Positions 53,601 to 61,165 of a stretch of 64,000 bases of DNA are shown here, one piece after another (the first letter of the stretch is position 1; each line of letters opens with the position of its first letter). The position numbers and the translations under genes were made by a program. The notes beneath the pieces were generated by a model. That model was given only the letters and a program-made list of their open reading frames with translations, ran no database searches and had not been told where the DNA came from. Source of the stretch: a bacterium HR11 (GTDB lineage Bacteria > Acidobacteriota > HRBIN11); the NCBI GenBank assembly GCA_002898535.1, contig BEHN01000003.1, positions 192,952 through 256,951 on the forward strand, given 5' to 3'.

Positions 53601-54263
53601 GTTTTCAATGGCGCCGCCGCTACCGGCGCTGTTGCCGGCGAAGGTGCTGTTGATAACGGTCAGTATGCTGTTGTTTCGGATGGCGCCGCCGCCGGTGGCG
53701 CTATTGCCGGCGAAGGTGCTGTTGATGATCTTCATAACGCCGACGTTATAGATGCCGCCGCCGAGGATGTGGGCGCTGTTACCGGCGAAGGTGCTGTTGG
53801 TGACCGTCACCGTGCCGGCGTTGGAGATGCCGCCGCCGTAATCGAAGGAGCTACCCTTTCCATTTGCTATGGTGATGTTTTGCAGGGTAAGATTTGCGCC
53901 GCTGTTTACAACCATGACCCGCACGCTGCCCCCGCCGCTGATAGCGATCGTCCCACCGCCGTTAATCGTCAGCGTTCCCGCGCCGCTCACGATGTTTGGT
54001 AAGGTGGAGCCAAGCGTAATCGTCCCACCCCCTGTGATGAAGATGATGGTATCGTCGTCGGGGCTTCCGGCGAAGCAGTCCGCGTTGGCAGGCGTGTTGT
54101 TTGCCGCCAGGATGGCCTCGCGCAGGGTGCACTGGAAGTCGTTGTTGGTGTTATCCGCCAGCGAGGTGACGATGTAGACCGCCGCATAGGCCGACCGCAT
54201 GCTTTGCCCGGACAGCCACAGTGACACGACGAGCAGAGTGAGAAGAGAGAAAGTTCTTTTCAT
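50682..54263 (-). CDS. Secreted 1193-aa surface protein: signal peptide, long right-handed parallel beta-helix (PbH1) repeat region, Ig/lectin-like middle, three C-terminal SLH-like Cys-containing repeats
   Basis: Start MKRTFSLLTLLVVSLWLSG after GAGGTGA; the tool's start at 54638 would lie upstream of the promoter. PbH1 motifs GGGIxNxGTLTMTNCTVSGNSAGG repeat more than 15 times. C-terminal repeats FTDVPDGVFYCPHVHWMWANN..GGCTATTYCPLDPVNRAQMA.FI.RA occur three times. Confidence 0.7.
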   Translation of the reverse strand: MKRTFSLLTLLVVSLWLSGQSMRSAYAAVYIVTSLADNTNNDFQCTLREAILAANNTPANADCFAGSPDDDTIIFITGGGTITLGSTLPNIVSGAGTLTINGGGTIAISGGGSVRVMVVNSGANLTLQNITIANGKGSSFDYGGGISNAGTVTVTNSTFAGNSAHILGGGIYNVGVMKIINSTFAGNSATGGGAIRNNSILTVINSTFAGNSAGSGGAIENVGTITMTNCTVSGNSAGAGGGILNAGTLTMTNCTVSGNTSSGGGGIHNVGTLNLNNSIVANNVSNGGHPDIDGPVSSGDFNLIKDTTGTSLPPGSTHYITGQDPKLLPLGNYGGPTQTHALLGNSPAIDRGSNDLAKDPDGNPLTTDQRGSARVVNNTVDMGASEANIFLSPTSLPFAIIGQNYNQSISAVGGTSPYNFSLASGSNLPNGLSLSTGGVISGTPDQAGIFVFTVVAKDQGGFVGSYEYVLGVGNLRTVSSTSDASNCSQCLRGEIAAAGDGDTIQITVTGTITLDSTLGELLIDKNLAIVGPGADQLTVSGNNATRVFNISSGKTVQISGLTIANGLTSFDSGGGILNAGTLTMTNCTVSGNIAGGAGGGISNSGTLTMTNCTVSENGTGSGGGGGGIYNDGTLTMKNCTVSGNSAGGGSGGISNNKGTLTMENCTVSGNSVVYVAGGISNSGVLTMTNCTVSGNSAGGYGGGIANAKTGFGSWATLRMTNCTVSGNSAGIRGGGIDLTSGMVTLKNTIIANSTSGGDCGQLGGTVDPTSKNNLIEDSAHACGLVNGVNGNVIGVDPMLGTPTGSPAYFPLNPDSPAIDAGDNTTCNNVPVNNQSQNGVTRPQDGDGDGVAVCDIGSYEAPPPLAGTGLAIAGDPDGNGVWDSGEAVTVVPAWRNNDNTSHILNGNASNVVDPPGVVASLTDAAAAYGTIPAGGTADCQTATGDCYAITGTRTGTGHRDVTFDETVSVVGSGSQPPKTWTLHIGPSFADVAPNVFYYKAVETLLHRGVTGGCTASDYCPLQTVNRAQMAIFISRAVLGTDPPLSGSGPGGSWDCTDNATNHFTDVPDGVFYCPHVHWMWANNIAGGCTATTYCPLDPVNRAQMAIFISRAVLGTDPPLSGSGPGGSWDCTDSAPNHFTDVPDGVFYCRHVHWMWANNVTGGCTATTYCPLDPVNRAQMAVFITRAFNLLLYGP
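50704..51330. repeat. Three ~222-bp near-identical tandem repeats encoding the C-terminal SLH-like modules
   Basis: gataaagatggccatctgggcccggttgacggggtccagcggacagtaggtcgtcgccgtgcacccgccgg recurs at ~50716, ~50943, ~51163. Confidence 0.75.
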
Positions 54264-54267
54264 GGTT

Positions 54268-54477
54268 TCACCTCGTCTGCGCCGGACCTGGACAGCCGGG
54301 AGGGCCAGCGACCGTCCATGTCGGGGGGATGCCGCCGACCTTGAAATCCTCCTGCAGGAGGGTGTCAGGCGCCATCGTGGCGACCGCCATGAAGCCGGCA
54401 TGGCCGGCCATGACCAGGGCCAGGAGGCTCGCCAGGCTCCATGGGGTCCATGGATGGCATCGGAGGTGGATGCGCAT
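54268..54477 (-). CDS. Putative 69-aa membrane protein between the sigma-54 promoter and the beta-helix gene
   Basis: ATG 54477 after ACGAGGTCGG; hydrophobic WSLASLLALVMAGHAGFMAVATMA; its TGA overlaps the RBS of the downstream gene. Confidence 0.35.
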   Translation of the reverse strand: MRIHLRCHPWTPWSLASLLALVMAGHAGFMAVATMAPDTLLQEDFKVGGIPPTWTVAGPPGCPGPAQTR

Positions 54478-54621
54478 GGTCCGACCTCGTGACGGGCGGG
54501 ATGCGGGGCATCCAGCCCGGGTGGGGTTGGGTCCATGCGGTTTCCCCGGATGGGGGAGTGACCCACCGACCGCGATTCACTCCTCTTGGGTGTGGGGGAT
54601 GGGGGGCGGCGGGGGGATTCA

Positions 54622-54637
54622 AGCAAGAGGCGTGCCA
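54622..54637 (-). promoter_or_regulatory. Sigma-54 (-24/-12) promoter
   Basis: Minus strand reads ttTGGCACGcctcTTGCTtgaa = TGGCACG-N4-TTGCT, an exact match to the sigma-54 core consensus. Confidence 0.65.
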
Positions 54638-54693
54638 AAGGGCGGGGGTGGGGTGGGGAGCGGAGGCGGGCGGGGGGCGGGGGCGGTCCCGGT

Positions 54694-54745
54694 TGTCACG
54701 GTGACAGGGGGTGTGACGTCACATGGGACAGCCTGTGACATGTCA
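54694..54745. promoter_or_regulatory. Three palindromic candidate EBP-binding sites (upstream activator sequences)
   Basis: TGTCAC-g-GTGACA (54694-54706), TGTGACGTCACA (54712-54723), TGTGACATGTCA (54734-54745); 60-110 bp upstream of the -24 element; the last overlaps the regulator stop codon. Confidence 0.5.
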
Positions 54746-57700
54746 TTCGGCGTGGGGGTCGGGGGGTTTGTCTTTTCCGCGCAGGCCCCAGCGGGCCAGT
54801 TTGCGGTAGAGGGTCATGCGGCTGAGGCCGAGGCGGCGGGCGGCCTGGGAGATATTGCCGTGGGTTTCTTCCAGGGCGGCCAGGAGGCGACGCTTTTCGG
54901 CGTCGGGGTCGGGTTCGCCGGGGGCGGCGGGGGCCGGGGGCCGCAGGTAGGCCGGGAGGTCCTCGACCCGGAGGACGGGGCCGGGGCAGTGGACGAGGGC
55001 GGACTCGACGACGTTGCGGAGTTCCCGGACGTTGCCGGGCCATGGATAGTCGAGCAGGGCGTCCAGGACGGCGCGGCTGATCTCGACGGGCGGGCGGTCC
55101 CGCTGTTGGGTCCATTCTCGGGCGAAGTGGACGGCCAGGAGGGGGATGTCGGTGCGGCGTTCCCGCAGGGGCGGCAGGTGGATTTCGGCGACCCGGATGC
55201 GGTACAGGAGGTCCTGTCGGAAGCGGCCGGCGATGACTTCCTGGTCGAGGTCTCGATGGGTGGCGGCGAGGATGCGCACGTCGATCTTCCGGGGGCGGGT
55301 CTCGCCGAGGCGGATGATTTCTCGTTCCTGGAGGGTCCGGAGGAGGTTCCGTTGGACGTCCAGGGGCATGTCGCCGATTTCATCCAGGAAGAGGGTCCCC
55401 CCGTGGGCCGATTCGAAGAAGCCGACCTGGTCGGTGACGGCGCCCGTGAAGGCGCCCTTGCGGTGGCCGAAGAGCTGGCTACTCAGGACGGATTCGGTCA
55501 GGCCCCCGCAGTTGAGGGCGATGAAGGGACGGTCCCGGCGGGGGCTGAGGTCGTGGAGGGCGCGGGCGACGAGTTCCTTGCCCGTGCCGGTCTCGCCGAC
55601 GATGAGGACGGTCGTGTCGAAGGGGCCGAGTTCTTCGATCTGGCGGTAGACCTGGAGCATCGGGGGGCTCTGGCCGACGAGGCCGTAGCGGGCGTAGGTG
55701 GCCTCCGACATGCGGTAGGGGTCGTAAATTTCGGAGATGTCGTAGAGGAAGAGGAGGTGTCCCCCGGGGTGGGTCGGGTCGGCCTGGATTTCGATGTCGG
55801 TCCAGTAGCGGTGGCCGTCGGGGCCGACGAAGCTGACGGAGGTCCTGGGAGCCGCCTCGGCGGGCGACGTGAGGAGGTGCCGCAGGGCCCGCAAGTCCTC
55901 GGGGGCGAAGGGGAGGGCGGTCTCCCAAGCTTGACCCTGGAGGGCCTCGGCGGATCGGCCGAGGAGTCGTTCGGCGACTCGGTTGGCGAAGACGACGCGG
56001 CCTTGGGCGTCGAGGGTCAGGACGCCGACCCGGAGGCGATGGAAGACCATGAGCAGGTCTTCATGGGATTGACGGAGGTCGGCGTGGGCCTGGGTGAGTT
56101 CTTCATGGGATTGAGTGAGCCGGACGTTCATCTCGGCGAGGGCTTCCTTTTGAGCCTGGACCTCGGCCGTGCGTTGGGCCACCGTGGTTTCCAGGAGGCG
56201 GGCCCGGCGCGTGAGGGCATGCAGGCGCCATCGAATCAGGCCGGTGATGAGGCCGGTCAGGCCGAGGGCGCACAGGACATAGAAGTAGCCGGTCTGGTAC
56301 AGGTAGGGCCGCAGGGTGAGGTCCAGGGCGGCCCCGGTTTCGTTCCAGAGGCCGTCGTCGTTGCTGGCCTGGACCCGGAAGCGGTAACGGCCGGGGGGCA
56401 CGTGAGTGTAGTAAGCGGACCGTCGGGTCCCGGCCTCGACCCAGTCGGCGTCGTAGCCCTCCAGGCGATAGCGGAAGCGGACTTTCAGGGGGTTCCGCAG
56501 GCTCAGGGCGGTATAGCGGACCTCCAGGTCGTTTTGGCCCGGCGGGAGGACGACGGCCCCGTTAGGGGGGACGGAGAGGCCCCGGGCCGTCCGGAGGGCC
56601 TCGATGTAGACGGGCGGGGGAACGGGATTGTCGGCCCGGGGGTCGATACGGGCCAGGCCCCGAAGGGTCGGGAACCAGAGGATGCCGTCGGGGGTCTTCG
56701 CGCCGGCGGGTTGACTGCCGCCGGCGCATTCGGCCAGGGTCAGGCCGTCCTGGGTGTCGTACAGCACGGCCGGGACGGTCGGAGCGGCGCCCGTGGCGAC
56801 GGCCTCCAGGGCCGATGGGTCGACCCGGAAGATGCCCTTGTTGCTACAGACCCAGAGGCGGCCCCGGTCGTCTTCGAGGACCTGGGTGATGAAGTCGTCG
56901 GGCAGGCCCGTGGCCGTCGTAAAGGCGTACCAGCGGCCGTTCCGGTAGAGGTCCAGGCCGCCGCCGTAGGTGCCGACCCAGACCCGACCGGCGGCGTCGA
57001 CGTGGACGGCCCGGACGTGGTCGTGGGAGAGCCCGTTCCGGGTCGTGAAGTTCTCGAAGCGGCCGTCGGCCCATCGGCTGAGGCCCCCGCGGGTCCCGAC
57101 CCAGAGGGCGCCGGTGCGGTCCTGGGTGATGAAACGGACCCAGTCATGGACGAGGCCGTCCGACGTCCGATAGACCCGGCGGACGGCATCGTTTTCGAGG
57201 ACGGCCAGACCCGCCTCGGTCCCGACCCAGATTCGGCCGGCCGTGTCTTCGTAGAGGGCCAGGACGGCATCGCTGGGGAGGCCCTGCCGCATCGTCAGAC
57301 GAACGATTTCGAAGGCGGCGGTCCGACCCCCGCCGGCGGGGCGGGCTGGACGGGGACGAAGCCGGACGAGGCCCAGGCCGCCAACCCAGAGGTCGCCCGA
57401 GCGGGTCCGCAAGAGGGACCATATACATCCGCCGGGCAGGCCGTCCCGTTCGGTCCAGTGCTCGCTACGGCCGTCGGGCCTCCAATGGACCAACCCCCCG
57501 CAGGTCAGGCCCAACCAGAGGCCGTCCTCGTCGTCGCTGACGACGGGGACGAAGACGTCGCCCGGGAGGCCGTCCGCCTGCCCAAAGGTCCGTACACGGG
57601 GGACCCGTCCCTGATAGAGGCCCTCGCCGTCGGTCCCGACCCAGAGGTTACCCTCCCGGTCTTCCAAGAGGGCTCGGACGGTCCGACGGCGAACGCGGTC

Positions 57701-58654
57701 GTCGGGGCTCGCGGGTTCCCATCGGCCGTCGGTCCAGCGGAACAGGCCGGCCTGCCATGCCCCGGCCCAGAGACGGCCCCGGCGGTCCTCATAGACGGTC
57801 CGGACCAAGGCCGGGAGACCCTGCTCGGGACCGTAGCGAGTCCACCGACCCTCGTGATAGCGGAGGAGGCCGAGGCCCTCGGTAGCGAACCACCAGGCCC
57901 CGGCCCGGTCCTGGTAGATCTGCCATACGAGGGGCGCCGGGCCATAGGGGAAGGGCAGGACCGTCCATTGGCCGTCCCGATAGACATACAGACGGTCGCC
58001 GACGCCCCACCAGAGGCCGCCCGCCGTATCGAGGTTCTGAAATCCGATGGGGCCTTGCCGGATTTCCGGCCGGATCGGGAGGGCGTGAAAACGGCCCTGC
58101 CGATAGTAGGCCGGCCCCTGGGCGGTCATGACCCAGACCGTCCCTCGAGGGTCGACGGCGACGGCGTAAGCGTTCCTATCGGGGAGGCCCTCGGTCGTCG
58201 AGAAGGCCTCGAAGCGGCCGGCGGCATAGCGGTAGAGGCCGGCATCCAGGGTGGTCACCCAGAGGGCGCCCGTCGGGTCTTCCACCAGGGCCAGGACTTG
58301 GGTCCCCCGCAGGACCGGCGTGTTCGTCGGGCGGAAGACGGTAAACTGTACGCCGTCAAAGCGGGCTAAGCCCCCGAAGGTCCCGACCCAGAGGTAGCCG
58401 TCGCGGGTCTGCAGGAGGGCCGTGACCGAATTCTGGGGCAGGCCAGCGCCGGTCCCCCAAGCGGTCCAGAGGTAGCGGTCCGGTGCGACGTCGCCGTCTG
58501 ACGGGGGCCGGGGGATCGGGGCCGCCGCGATGCCCGAGGATAGAAGGAGTCCCTGCCCCAGCCAGGCGTACAAGACAACAAAAATGATCCGAGGGGTGAC
58601 GGGTCCAGTGTACCGGTGGGCGGTCCCACCAGTGTCAGACTCTGCGGGGCCCAT
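54743..58654 (-). CDS. Membrane-anchored sigma-54-dependent transcriptional activator with extracytoplasmic double beta-propeller (Reg_prop) plus Y_Y_Y sensor, TM, coiled-coil, PAS, AAA+ (GAFTGA) and Fis-type HTH
   Basis: N-terminal TM RIIFVVLYAWLGQGLLL; repeated ...DGYLWVGTFGGLARFDG... propeller blades; Y_Y_Y block VRFRYRLEGYDADW...GRYRFRVQA; second TM; sigma-54 module VGETGTGKE...RKGAFTGA...GTLFLDEIGD; C-terminal ISQAARRLGLSRMTLYRKL. No HisKA/REC. Confidence 0.85.
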   Translation of the reverse strand: MGPAESDTGGTAHRYTGPVTPRIIFVVLYAWLGQGLLLSSGIAAAPIPRPPSDGDVAPDRYLWTAWGTGAGLPQNSVTALLQTRDGYLWVGTFGGLARFDGVQFTVFRPTNTPVLRGTQVLALVEDPTGALWVTTLDAGLYRYAAGRFEAFSTTEGLPDRNAYAVAVDPRGTVWVMTAQGPAYYRQGRFHALPIRPEIRQGPIGFQNLDTAGGLWWGVGDRLYVYRDGQWTVLPFPYGPAPLVWQIYQDRAGAWWFATEGLGLLRYHEGRWTRYGPEQGLPALVRTVYEDRRGRLWAGAWQAGLFRWTDGRWEPASPDDRVRRRTVRALLEDREGNLWVGTDGEGLYQGRVPRVRTFGQADGLPGDVFVPVVSDDEDGLWLGLTCGGLVHWRPDGRSEHWTERDGLPGGCIWSLLRTRSGDLWVGGLGLVRLRPRPARPAGGGRTAAFEIVRLTMRQGLPSDAVLALYEDTAGRIWVGTEAGLAVLENDAVRRVYRTSDGLVHDWVRFITQDRTGALWVGTRGGLSRWADGRFENFTTRNGLSHDHVRAVHVDAAGRVWVGTYGGGLDLYRNGRWYAFTTATGLPDDFITQVLEDDRGRLWVCSNKGIFRVDPSALEAVATGAAPTVPAVLYDTQDGLTLAECAGGSQPAGAKTPDGILWFPTLRGLARIDPRADNPVPPPVYIEALRTARGLSVPPNGAVVLPPGQNDLEVRYTALSLRNPLKVRFRYRLEGYDADWVEAGTRRSAYYTHVPPGRYRFRVQASNDDGLWNETGAALDLTLRPYLYQTGYFYVLCALGLTGLITGLIRWRLHALTRRARLLETTVAQRTAEVQAQKEALAEMNVRLTQSHEELTQAHADLRQSHEDLLMVFHRLRVGVLTLDAQGRVVFANRVAERLLGRSAEALQGQAWETALPFAPEDLRALRHLLTSPAEAAPRTSVSFVGPDGHRYWTDIEIQADPTHPGGHLLFLYDISEIYDPYRMSEATYARYGLVGQSPPMLQVYRQIEELGPFDTTVLIVGETGTGKELVARALHDLSPRRDRPFIALNCGGLTESVLSSQLFGHRKGAFTGAVTDQVGFFESAHGGTLFLDEIGDMPLDVQRNLLRTLQEREIIRLGETRPRKIDVRILAATHRDLDQEVIAGRFRQDLLYRIRVAEIHLPPLRERRTDIPLLAVHFAREWTQQRDRPPVEISRAVLDALLDYPWPGNVRELRNVVESALVHCPGPVLRVEDLPAYLRPPAPAAPGEPDPDAEKRRLLAALEETHGNISQAARRLGLSRMTLYRKLARWGLRGKDKPPDPHAE

Positions 58655-58814
58655 CGTCCGGCTCCGGCCATCGGAACGCAGGCCACATCCTTGACCCCGC
58701 CCCGGTGGGTGCGCCGATAGCATAAGGGGAATGGCGGACGGGAGCAAGATGCGAGATGCGACCCCTCAGGGCGGGGTCCCGGCAGGGGTCCCAGGTCCCG
58801 AGTCCGGCAACGGA

Positions 58815-60128
58815 CTATCGACCTGTTTCGGTTGTAGGCAGGGGCGCCTGCACTCCTGGAGTCAGCCGTTCCAAGCCGTCCAGGTAGGGCCGCAGGGCCG
58901 GCGGGATGAGGACCGAGCCGTCGGCCTGCTGGTAGTTCTCCAGGAGGACGACGATAGTCCGTCCGACGGCCAGGCCCGAGCCGTTCAGCGTGTGGACGTA
59001 CCGGGCCTTGCCGCCCCCGGCCGGACGGTACCGCAGGCCCATCCGCCGGGCCTGAAAGTCCCCGCAGTTCGAGCAAGACGAGACCTCCAGCCACCGCTGT
59101 TGGCTCGGGAGCCACGCCTCGATGTCGTACGTCTTGGCCGCCGCAAAGCCCATGTCGCCCGTGCACAGGAGCATGACCCGGTAGGGGATGCCCAGCCGCT
59201 GGAGGACCGTCTCGGCGTGCCGGGTCAGCGTCTCCAGGTCGTCGTAGGACCGCTCCGGCGTCGTGATGTGGACGAGCTCGACCTTATCGAACTGATGCTG
59301 ACGGATGAGGCCCTTGCTTTCCTGGCCGTACGTACCGGCCTCCCGTCGGAAGCAGGGGCTCCAGCAGACGAGCCGGATCGGTAGGTCCTTCTCCGACAGC
59401 GTCTCCTCCCGGAAGAGGTTCGTCACGGGGACCTCGGCCGTCGGGATCAAAAACAGGTCGTCAGACGGGACGGCGTAGAGGTCCGCCTCGAACTTCGGGA
59501 GCTGGCCCGTGCCGGTCATCGTCGCCCGGTTGACGAGATAGGGGACCCAGACTTCGTGGTAGCCGTGTTCCCGGATGTGGAGGTCCAGCATGAACTGGGC
59601 GAGGGCCCGGACGAGTCGGGCGCCCCAGCCCTTGAACAGGGGGAAACGGGCGGCGGCGACCTTGGCCGCCCGCTCCAGGTCTAAGATCCCTAAGAAGCGG
59701 CCGAGGTCCACGTGGTCCCGGACGGGAAACGAAAAGGACGGGATCTCCCCCCAGCGGCGGACCTCGACGTTATGCGAGGCGTCCGGTCCGACGGGGACGG
59801 ACTCATGGGGGACGTTGGGGACCCGCAGGAGCCAGGCCTCGACCCAGGCGTCCAGCTCGGCGACGCGGGCGTCCAGCTCCTCGATGCGGGCGCTGATGCG
59901 CTGATTCTCCTCCAGGAGGTCCGTCGGGTCCTGGCCGGCCTGCTTGAGGCGACCAATCTGACGGGTCAGTTCGTTTCGACGGTGCTTGAGGGCCTCGACC
60001 TCTTGAAGGAGCGACCGGCGACGGGCGTCCTTCTCGAGGAATTCGTCGAGGCCGACGTCCACGCCCCGTTCGGCCATCTTGCGGCGGACGTATTCGACGT
60101 TTTCCCGGACCCACCGGAGGTCTAACAT
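58815..60128 (-). CDS. serS: Serine--tRNA ligase
   Basis: N-terminal coiled-coil MLDLRWVRENVEYV...; class II motifs (...FRREAGTYGQ...GLIRQHQFDKVE...); GGTGG before the ATG. The tool's 60227 start is repeat read-through. Confidence 0.9.
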   Translation of the reverse strand: MLDLRWVRENVEYVRRKMAERGVDVGLDEFLEKDARRRSLLQEVEALKHRRNELTRQIGRLKQAGQDPTDLLEENQRISARIEELDARVAELDAWVEAWLLRVPNVPHESVPVGPDASHNVEVRRWGEIPSFSFPVRDHVDLGRFLGILDLERAAKVAAARFPLFKGWGARLVRALAQFMLDLHIREHGYHEVWVPYLVNRATMTGTGQLPKFEADLYAVPSDDLFLIPTAEVPVTNLFREETLSEKDLPIRLVCWSPCFRREAGTYGQESKGLIRQHQFDKVELVHITTPERSYDDLETLTRHAETVLQRLGIPYRVMLLCTGDMGFAAAKTYDIEAWLPSQQRWLEVSSCSNCGDFQARRMGLRYRPAGGGKARYVHTLNGSGLAVGRTIVVLLENYQQADGSVLIPPALRPYLDGLERLTPGVQAPLPTTETGR

Positions 60129-60147
60129 CGTCCACCACCCAGGCAGG

Positions 60148-60200
60148 CGATAGGGAAGAGGATGCAGGATGCAAGATACAAGATGCAAGATACGGGATGC
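60148..60200 (-). repeat. Family-3 (CYTGCAT)n array oriented with serS, ending ~20 nt before its RBS
   Basis: Minus reading catcttgcatcccgtatcttgcatcttgtatcttgcatcctgcatcc. Confidence 0.55.
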
Positions 60201-60377
60201 AAGATGAGACCATGGACCATAGACCATGGACCATGGACTCTGGGATAGCCTCGGAAGATTCTCTTTGCCTCACCCCGAGGGGAGGAAATCCAGCGGGCCT
60301 GGATGCCCTCGGAGCTCCAGCCCGGTCTATCGTCCGTGGTCCGTGGTCCATGGTCTACTTATCCATGAGGCCACGCG

Positions 60378-61106
60378 ATGTGGGGGTTTCTCAAGCGGCG
60401 GTGGTGGGAGCTTCGGTCCCTCGTCGTGTACCTGTACGTCGCCTTGGCGCTCCTCCTGGTCGGTCCGCCGATGATCGTCTACCTGCTCCTCACGCGGGAC
60501 TTCCCGCGCGCCTACCGCTGGGGGCGCCGACTCCTTCGATGGGGCCTTCGACTGGCCGGGATTCGGGTCGAGGTCACCTTTCGGGCCGAGCCGCCCGACC
60601 CGCCGGTATTGTTCGTGGCGAATCATCAGAGTCTTCTGGACCCGCCCATCCTGCTGGCGTACCTTCCCCACGACGTGCGGGTCTTCCCGAAGGTCCAGCT
60701 GTTCCGGGTGCCCATCATGGGGACGCTGATGCGCATCGCCGGTTTCGTGCCCGTCGACCGGGAGCGGCCGGAGGTCGCCCGGCGGGAACTCCGGAAGGCA
60801 TTGGACCGTTTGCGTCAGCAGGTCAGCTTCCTTATATTCCCCGAGGGCACCCGGAGCCCGACGGGGCGTCTGCAGGCGTTCCGGCGGGGCGGTTTTGTAC
60901 TGGCCATCGAGGCCGGCGTGCCCATCGTGCCGGTCAGCCTCTGGGGGACTTACGGGGCGCTTCCGAAGGGCGCATGGCGGATTCGGCCGGGGCTTGTGCG
61001 GGTCGTCGTCCATCCGGCGGTTTCGACCCAGGGCCTCACGTGGGACGACCGACATACCCTGAGTGCCCGGGTGTGGGCGCAGATCCGGGAGGCCCTGCCG
61101 GAGTAG
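60378..61106 (+). CDS. plsC: 1-acyl-sn-glycerol-3-phosphate acyltransferase
   Basis: N-terminal TM, HxxxxD motif (ANHQSLLD), FPEGTRS motif block III. Confidence 0.8.
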   Translation: MWGFLKRRWWELRSLVVYLYVALALLLVGPPMIVYLLLTRDFPRAYRWGRRLLRWGLRLAGIRVEVTFRAEPPDPPVLFVANHQSLLDPPILLAYLPHDVRVFPKVQLFRVPIMGTLMRIAGFVPVDRERPEVARRELRKALDRLRQQVSFLIFPEGTRSPTGRLQAFRRGGFVLAIEAGVPIVPVSLWGTYGALPKGAWRIRPGLVRVVVHPAVSTQGLTWDDRHTLSARVWAQIREALPE

Positions 61107-61165
61107 GGGCAGGCCTTGGGCTCTCTCCAAGCCTCGGGCCTGTGCCTTTACGGTGAGGTTATCGG

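Noticed and set aside
54264-54638. Tool-predicted start of the beta-helix protein at 54638 (N-terminal 125 aa MARLLLESPRRPPSP...)
   Set aside because: This extension would span the sigma-54 promoter and the small ORF. A strong RBS+ATG with a textbook signal peptide occurs at 54263, so the longer form is a read-through artefact.
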